A stretch of DNA of 32,000 nucleotides, from positions 300,001 to 332,000 of the forward strand of contig NC_009926.1 in the NCBI RefSeq assembly GCF_000018105.1, in the 5' to 3' direction. The notes below the pieces were generated by a model. It did not search any database. It was not told the DNA's origin and worked only from the letters and a program-made list of their open reading frames with translations. Below, one piece after another: positions 27,321-32,000 of the stretch; position 1 is the stretch's first letter, and each line of letters begins with the position of its first letter. This DNA comes from Acaryochloris marina MBIC11017. Its GTDB lineage: Bacteria > Cyanobacteriota > Cyanobacteriia > Thermosynechococcales > Thermosynechococcaceae. The position numbers were made by a program, and so were the translations under genes.

Positions 27321-27759
27321 TGGTTAACTCCATCAAAATTTTCAATGTTTCAGGTCGGACATCTCGGAGTCCCTGAGACCCGCGATAGGGAATCGGCTCA
27401 GGCAGTGGAACGATGCTTCCTAACTGCCAAGCAAAGCGCCCCAGTTGCCAGCAACCCACGGCCAACTCCAGCTCAGTCTGTCTGCTGATCAGACTTGAAT
27501 CCATCCGGGGACAATCCACCAGATCCGAAATAGCCACGATGCAACCGAGCGGGTAATCACATGGGTTGCGAGGCACCTTGCCATCCGTCAGATTATTGAC
27601 CTGGCCCACTATCGCTTGCCCGTCTAAATTGATAGGTCGCTTGGCTGCATGAATCGCCAACTTACCCCGGTAGCGAGTGCCCCATGATCGAGTCTCAAAT
27701 TCCTTGAAGTTCAGGGCAATGAAGGTCGCCCAAGGTTGCCAGAGGGTGATGATTTTCAT
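27310..27759 (-). CDS. ASCH-domain protein
   Basis: 149 aa. The N-terminus MKIITLWQPWATFIALNFKEFETRSWGTRYRGKLAIHAAK is the typical phage-type ASCH N-terminus. Its end overlaps the DUF5131 start by 11 nt and its start overlaps the upstream stop (ATGA). Confidence 0.7.
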   Translation of the reverse strand: MKIITLWQPWATFIALNFKEFETRSWGTRYRGKLAIHAAKRPINLDGQAIVGQVNNLTDGKVPRNPCDYPLGCIVAISDLVDCPRMDSSLISRQTELELAVGCWQLGRFAWQLGSIVPLPEPIPYRGSQGLRDVRPETLKILMELTNGE

Positions 27760-28016
27760 CGTTCCGCCTCCATTGGCATTCCTATAGCTTCATGCATTTT
27801 TTCTGCAATCCCCCAGCAGTCATCGCAAATTTCAAAGTAATCGTCATCAGCACCCTTGCAATACGGTTGAAGATAGCCGCAGGACTGACATTCGTAATAT
27901 TGGCCCGCTTCGCAGCCCAGGCAAAGAGACTTACTGCGACTACTCAGGCATCCCAAGGGTTGCAGTTGCATGATGCCTCGACCTTGCTGCAAAAGATTCC
28001 ACACCTGCTTTTTCAT
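27756..28016 (-). CDS. Cys-rich small protein (putative zinc ribbon)
   Basis: 86 aa with ATG preceded by GGAGGTG. It has eight Cys including CxxC pairs (CLGC, CQSC, CDDC). Confidence 0.55.
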   Translation of the reverse strand: MKKQVWNLLQQGRGIMQLQPLGCLSSRSKSLCLGCEAGQYYECQSCGYLQPYCKGADDDYFEICDDCWGIAEKMHEAIGMPMEAER

Positions 28017-28160
28017 TGCTTCACCTCCAAATATGAATTTTCAAAAAGTCTTATGTCGGGCCTGCATTCTCCCCAAATTCCCCGGCAGGCAGAGTCCAGG
28101 CAATCGGGTTAACGAGGATGGGCACTGTATAGTCTTGGCTCAGGGCTAACCAGAACTGGT

Positions 28161-28703
28161 TTACCCTTCTTGCGCTCGAAGTTGCTTTTCCCGTTCGATT
28201 GCAGGATTCAGCAGTAAATCTTGGAGATTTAAGGTACAACCTTCCTCACTCGGCAGCGGACAAACACCGAAATAGTGAGGCAACCGCACCAGCTCTGACT
28301 GGATGAAATCAAACTGCAAACTGAAGATGGAGTACTTTTTCTGTGCCCGTACCTGCATCCGTCGAATGCGTTCTCGATACTTCCGCGCCATCGGCCAAGG
28401 TCGATAGGGGCGACTGGGCTTGCTGGAGATCGGGCCAGAGCGAATGGCTTGGGGAATTACAATACCGTTTGCCTTGTGGTACGCCTTCACCGCAGCTCCC
28501 ATTTGTGGGGTGGGCACTTCCTGTAAACGCTGCCAGGTTTGCTGGAACATCTGGTTGGCGATTGCCAGTATCTCCGCTGCTTCCTTGCGGAGCTGCGCTA
28601 ACATCCGTTCAAAGGCTTGGCGTTGTTTAGTGGTCTTGACTGGACCAGATTTAGGGAGCTGGAGAGGGAGAGCCGTTTGGACAGCAATCATGATCAACCT
28701 CAT
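28161..28703 (-). CDS. Hypothetical basic protein
   Basis: 180-aa ORF. The first ATG overlaps the upstream stop (ATGA). An alternative ATG at 28691 has GAGG 7 nt upstream. I recognise no family and see no C5-MTase motifs IX or X. Confidence 0.5.
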   Translation of the reverse strand: MRLIMIAVQTALPLQLPKSGPVKTTKQRQAFERMLAQLRKEAAEILAIANQMFQQTWQRLQEVPTPQMGAAVKAYHKANGIVIPQAIRSGPISSKPSRPYRPWPMARKYRERIRRMQVRAQKKYSIFSLQFDFIQSELVRLPHYFGVCPLPSEEGCTLNLQDLLLNPAIEREKQLRAQEG

Positions 28704-29533
28704 TCAAATAATGACAATTGCGGCTGAGGATCTGAATCCTTACTTTTCCTTTTGGGCTTTTTCGCTGGACTCGTTTGATGAATGCCCCCAAATGCCTCTG
28801 CTTGCTGATGCAAGGTTTTGCGAAGTGCATCATACGTGGAAAAGCCCCCATCTGCGATTACCCGGCAAAAGGCATCGATCACGGGGACACTTTCAGGGGT
28901 CACCATACTGACAATTCCTGGTACGTTCTCCATAACAAAAGTTTTGGGTCGGATCTCCAAAATCATGCGGGCGAATTCAAAGATCAGACTATTTCGCGGA
29001 TCAAGAACTTGTCGCTTACCTGCGATTGAAAAGCCTTGGCAAGGTGGGCCACCAAAGACACAATCGACTTCACCAACTCCCACGCCGATGGAATCTAGGA
29101 TCTGCTGGCCCGTGAGCTGACGAACATCCCCCAGCCAGAAATGCTCCACACCGGGACGCTCTGGGGGGCGATGCTGGCCCGACAGGAAGCATTGAGCAAT
29201 GCCACCGTCCTTATCCATCTGCATGATTTTCTCTAGCAGTTTCGTAAACCTGGCCTCATCCTCATCTACGACAAAATTCATATCCAGGGGATAAGCTCCC
29301 AGATTAGCGAGATAGGTTAGTGCTGCATTGGCATCCTTTTCAACGGCGGCTACGACCTGAAACCCACCCTCGATCATCCCCAGACTGAAACCGCCACAGC
29401 CACAAAACAGGTCAATGGCGATTGGAACGTCATACTCTCGTTTGGGGAGCAATAGCCCAGACTGTCGTTGATGATAGGTGGATTGCTGAGGGAGGTAGAG
29501 GCCATCCCCGCTTTGGACAAACAAATCGTTCAT
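28700..29533 (-). CDS. DNA (cytosine-5)-methyltransferase-like protein with motifs I-VI only, no TRD and no motifs VIII-X
   Basis: ATG at 29533 is preceded by AGGAGG. Present are motif I IDLFCGCGGFSLG, motif II AAVEKD, motif IV GGPPCQGFS, motif V DPRNSLIFEF and motif VI FVMENVPG. The protein then ends after about 70 aa in a K-rich tail and PQLSLFE. Confidence 0.75.
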   Translation of the reverse strand: MNDLFVQSGDGLYLPQQSTYHQRQSGLLLPKREYDVPIAIDLFCGCGGFSLGMIEGGFQVVAAVEKDANAALTYLANLGAYPLDMNFVVDEDEARFTKLLEKIMQMDKDGGIAQCFLSGQHRPPERPGVEHFWLGDVRQLTGQQILDSIGVGVGEVDCVFGGPPCQGFSIAGKRQVLDPRNSLIFEFARMILEIRPKTFVMENVPGIVSMVTPESVPVIDAFCRVIADGGFSTYDALRKTLHQQAEAFGGIHQTSPAKKPKRKSKDSDPQPQLSLFE

Positions 29534-29546
29534 GTCCGTCAACCTC

Positions 29547-29762
29547 CTAACAACACAACTTGAGACGGACAGCAGGGCGCAAATCCGTGATTTTGACCGT
29601 GGTGAAGTTCTTGCTCCACTTCCCGGATTTGTCCTTGGCAATCATCAGAACGTGCTGTCTGGAGACTGTGGAGAACACCTTGAGACGGGTGCCGTTTTGT
29701 CTCCTGAGCGTTCCGAGGAAGTACACCAGATGATGCTGAGGCGAGTACACTAACTTGCTCAT
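29547..29762 (-). CDS. Hypothetical small protein
   Basis: ATG at 29762 is preceded by GGAGGA (MSKLVYSPQHH..), giving 71 aa. It ends 13 nt before the MTase-like start. Confidence 0.45.
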   Translation of the reverse strand: MSKLVYSPQHHLVYFLGTLRRQNGTRLKVFSTVSRQHVLMIAKDKSGKWSKNFTTVKITDLRPAVRLKLCC

Positions 29763-30108
29763 GGAATTTTCCTCCAATATTCAATTAATTAATTTGGGGT
29801 GTGGCTACCCTTCAATTTCGAGATAGGTAACGGCAAGCGAACCCTCAATATCTGCAGTGCATTTTCTAAAGCAGATGCAATCACCGTCTGGTTCTAGAAA
29901 ATATTCCATCCAGTACTCATGGCGAACCTGATGCGATTCAGCGGGACAGTCTGGATTGACGGCCTGAGCAAACGAAACTGGATCTAAAGTGCCAATGGTT
30001 CAAGGCATGGCATGATTTATCTCCTGTTTGAGTGATGCGATTTTTTGAGAGCTTCGATAGTTGTTCCAAAGTGAGTCTTGGGCTGACATCGGCCTAGACA
30101 ACCACGTC

Positions 30109-30393
30109 TTACGCCCTTGATGAGAGAGCGGCAGTGCGAGGAGTAAGAGTTACAACTTTTACTCGTTGCTCGAAGCGTTCCTTTCCTTCCAGTCGCCGCA
30201 ACCTTCTGCTCAACTCTGGTGTGGGGTATATTCCTCGTGATTGCCCACAGTCCCGGCAAATCCACCAAGTATGGCTTCCACCAGTACGATGCAGAGGAAT
30301 GATTTGGTAGGCAATTGCCACTTTATACTCGTGACAATCGCAGCATTGTTTAACGGACGGCTGATAGAGCCGCCGCACGTTACGAGTAAACAT
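30109..30393 (-). CDS. Hypothetical zinc-ribbon protein
   Basis: 94 aa with ATG preceded by AGGAG. Two CxxC pairs are present (CCDC ... CRDC). Confidence 0.5.
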   Translation of the reverse strand: MFTRNVRRLYQPSVKQCCDCHEYKVAIAYQIIPLHRTGGSHTWWICRDCGQSRGIYPTPELSRRLRRLEGKERFEQRVKVVTLTPRTAALSSRA

Positions 30394-30564
30394 GGTACGT
30401 TGCTCCTAGGATGTTTATTGGTTATTAGCTGAGGCGGTTCATGCTCAGAAAGAATCGCCTCTTTATTCGTCTAATTGCTTGGAAACACAAGATTTATAAA
30501 CACCAGTCAAATTATTTTGTGGTCGTGGTAAATTCTGAGGCGACTGTGAATACAAATCACTCTT

Positions 30565-30620
30565 AAGGGCGACACCACACCAACTCCTAGTCGCCCTTTC
30601 TCATACCAAAATCTGTTTTG
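30565..30620. repeat. Hairpin element A (AAGGGCGAC-N16-GTCGCCCTT plus conserved flank)
   Basis: Perfect 9-bp stem at 30565-30573 and 30590-30598. It is a paralog of 31177-31230 and begins 7 nt 3' of the DUF4326 gene. Confidence 0.6.
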
Positions 30621-30626
30621 ATTGGC

Positions 30627-31022
30627 TCAGGATAGCTCCAACTGCTGGGGTTCCGGGTGTTTCCATACAAGGTAGGACTTAATAACATCGCCGTGGCAGG
30701 CCAGGGGAGCGCACCAACAGAGCAACTTCACTTCTAGCATGGCCTCTAGTTTGGCTAGCTCTACCATCACTTGAGGACGACTGGGACGCTTCCACATACC
30801 TGAGACCTGGACGTTGTACTTGTCAGCCAGATCTGGGACCACATCAATGGGATTGGCCCCCAGGTTGGCAACTTCATGGAGGTATTCACGGAATGCAGCG
30901 ATGACTGCCATGCGCTCGGATTCTTGGAACATGTGAAAGGGATTGCCAAGGACGCTGGCACGGTCGCAACGGTAGCCCTCAACATTGCGATTATGGCGAA
31001 GATTAACGACGGTGATGTTCAT
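30627..31022 (-). CDS. DUF4326 domain protein
   Basis: I prefer the ATG at 31022 (MNITVVNLRH..). The segments GNPF and LLCWCAPLACHGDVI match the DUF4326 pattern I recall. Confidence 0.7.
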   Translation of the reverse strand: MNITVVNLRHNRNVEGYRCDRASVLGNPFHMFQESERMAVIAAFREYLHEVANLGANPIDVVPDLADKYNVQVSGMWKRPSRPQVMVELAKLEAMLEVKLLCWCAPLACHGDVIKSYLVWKHPEPQQLELS

Positions 31023-31114
31023 GATATATTTGCCATTGAACGAGATAAGCTTTACGGCTTTAGGCAGGGCGTTTTTGAACACGAGAACTGCCCTTTACTA
31101 ATTCAATTAGGTCG

Positions 31115-31157
31115 ATCTAGCACGGCTTCAAACGCAAATTTTAAGACTGTGCTAGAT
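31115..31157. repeat. 9-bp perfect inverted repeat (ATCTAGCAC-N25-GTGCTAGAT)
   Basis: Read directly from the sequence. It lies about 95-135 nt upstream of the DUF4326 start. Confidence 0.5.
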
Positions 31158-31176
31158 TTCATGAAGATTCTGTTTT

Positions 31177-31230
31177 AGGGCGACCCTAGTCAACTCCAGG
31201 CCGCCCTTTCTCGTCAGCAAAATTGTTCAG
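31177..31230. repeat. Hairpin element B (imperfect paralog of element A)
   Basis: AGGGCG(A)CC ... GG(C)CGCCCT stem, with a CAACTCC-containing loop and CCCTTTCTC flank shared with element A. It lies about 35 nt 3' of the ssb reading frame end. Confidence 0.5.
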
Positions 31231-31264
31231 AAGAGTCACTTTTGGGGGTTCTTTCTCATCACCC

Positions 31265-31702
31265 CTAGAAAGGAATATTGTCATCAACAAATGAACCACC
31301 ACCAGCTTTTGACGCTACTGGTGGCTTCACCTGTCTCTGGGGCTGAGGCGGGGTATGGGTCGGGGCTGGTGCAACAGTGTTGCTCGATGCCTGCTCCCCT
31401 TGCTTGGAACCCAGCAGTTCAACCCGTTGGCAGCGAACCACCACCTTTGAGCGATTGCCGCCTGAGTTCCTGTCAACCTAGCGCTCTTGCAACAGGGAAC
31501 CACTGACCCCAATTTGCGACCCTTTCTGGCAGTACTGCCCAATCACCTCAGCGGTCTTTTCCCAAGCCTCTATCTCGAAAAAGTCAGTCTCGTCTTTGGT
31601 GCGGTTGATGGCAAGGTGGAATTTGGCAATGACTTTGCCAAACTCGAAATAGCGCATCTGTGGATCTGCAGTGAGTCTTCCAATAAGATTTACGGTATTC
31701 AT
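31265..31702 (-). pseudogene. ssb: Single-stranded DNA-binding protein gene with one in-frame TAG (31478-31480)
   Basis: ATG is preceded by AGGAG. The N-terminal OB fold reads MNTVNLIGRLTADPQMRYF...GSQIGVSGSLLQER. A TAG follows, and the same frame continues VDRNSGGNRSKVVVRCQRVELLG..., then a P/Q-rich linker, then GGGSFVDDNIPF-stop, the canonical SSB acidic tip. Confidence 0.8.
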
Positions 31703-31947
31703 ATATAGACTCCTAATTTTTCAATATTTTTAAGTGCTGTGTGCCAATTAGGGACTGAGTTTAATGCCCTCTCACATCACACTTTTTCTTTCAAAGCAGA
31801 ACGCTGGATAAGTTCAAATTTCCAACTCCAGCAAGACGTGATGAGTTTTTTCAGATTGTTGTCATCACTTATCTCGATTGGGGCATCCTCACTAATGGAG
31901 TCATGAGAACAGAGAGCTTCTCCAACTCCACCACGTAAATAGACCTC

Positions 31948-31980
31948 GACAGCTTCGGTAACGAGAAGCTGTCTTTTTTT
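31948..31980 (+). terminator. Rho-independent terminator-like hairpin, plus-strand orientation
   Basis: GACAGCTTC-GGTAACGA-GAAGCTGTC (perfect 9-bp stem) is followed by TTTTTTT. No annotated plus-strand gene lies upstream of it. Confidence 0.55.
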
Positions 31981-32000
31981 GTCTCAAACTCCCCTCAAAC

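Noticed and set aside
29539-29784. 81-aa minus-strand ORF overlapping ORF 29547-29762
   Set aside because: The alternative frame has a GGAGGA-ATG start and a better composition, and only one of the two can be real.
30017-30268. 83-aa minus-strand ORF overlapping the 94-aa zinc-ribbon ORF
   Set aside because: It is out of frame with an ORF that has a proper AGGAG-ATG start and paired CxxC motifs. Its R/S/G-rich composition suggests a shadow frame.
30546-30562. TGTGA-N7-TCAC near-CRP-like site beside hairpin A
   Set aside because: The spacing is wrong (7 rather than 6), the second half-site is incomplete, and there is only a single occurrence, so it is compatible with chance.
31291-31542. 71-aa ORFs on both strands (31291-31506 plus strand, 31327-31542 minus strand)
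   Set aside because: They are out of frame with the ssb 3' half. The frame continuing from the ssb N-terminus gives a canonical SSB linker and DDNIPF tail, so these are artefacts.
1-32000. Search by eye for CRISPR arrays, tRNA/rRNA genes, reverse transcriptase/DGR or retron features and toxin-antitoxin pairs
   Set aside because: I saw no regularly spaced direct repeats of 25-40 nt, no cloverleaf-like GC-rich segments, and no RT or recognisable TA motifs. A covariance-model scan would be needed to exclude small RNAs.

Overview
Cyanobacterial-type DNA: five copies of the HIP1 palindrome GCGATCGC, a DUF928 protein, a Mo-nitrogenase-C-domain protein and a giant HTH/NB-ARC/WD40 STAND protein. I recognised no rRNA, tRNA or CRISPR array. 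The window is a mosaic. (i) 0-9.4 kb holds minus-strand accessory genes (DUF928, Mo-nitrogenase C-domain protein, HypX/HoxX-like maturation protein, a 1215-aa STAND-WD40 protein). They are separated by long AT-rich spacers carrying three copies of a ~57-nt element with helically phased TTCAG(G) repeats. (ii) 9.8-13.6 kb is a plus-strand redox/sulfur cluster: 1-Cys peroxiredoxin, an acyl-CoA-dehydrogenase-fold flavoprotein, an ETHE1-like MBL-fold dioxygenase and cysK. (iii) 13.9-18.6 kb looks AT-richer and holds a BBE-like FAD oxidase, a Coq4-motif protein, small hypotheticals, a lipoprotein and a DUF1993 protein. (iv) A complete 1385-bp ISL3-family IS (21-bp inverted repeats, 8-bp target duplication) sits in the 3' end of parB of a parAB partition locus, and the ancestral ParB C-terminus can be reconstructed. 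(v) 21.9-24.7 kb holds a TPR protein, hypotheticals and a Crp/Fnr regulator. (vi) 24.9-31.7 kb is a unidirectional, tightly packed phage- or plasmid-like DNA-metabolism module: PD-(D/E)XK-like protein, tail-anchored protein, DUF5131 (Gp37/Gp68), ASCH, Cys-rich proteins, a C5-methyltransferase-like protein, DUF4326 and ssb. This last module is the most interesting part. Its ssb has one in-frame TAG at a conserved Trp codon but keeps its acidic C-terminal tail. Its methyltransferase-like protein lacks motifs VIII-X and the target-recognition domain, and ends in a beta-clamp-binding-like QLSLF peptide. Two small genes look frameshifted, and paralogous hairpins and upstream motifs punctuate the block. 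All functional calls rest on my reading of motifs in the translations; no database search was possible.
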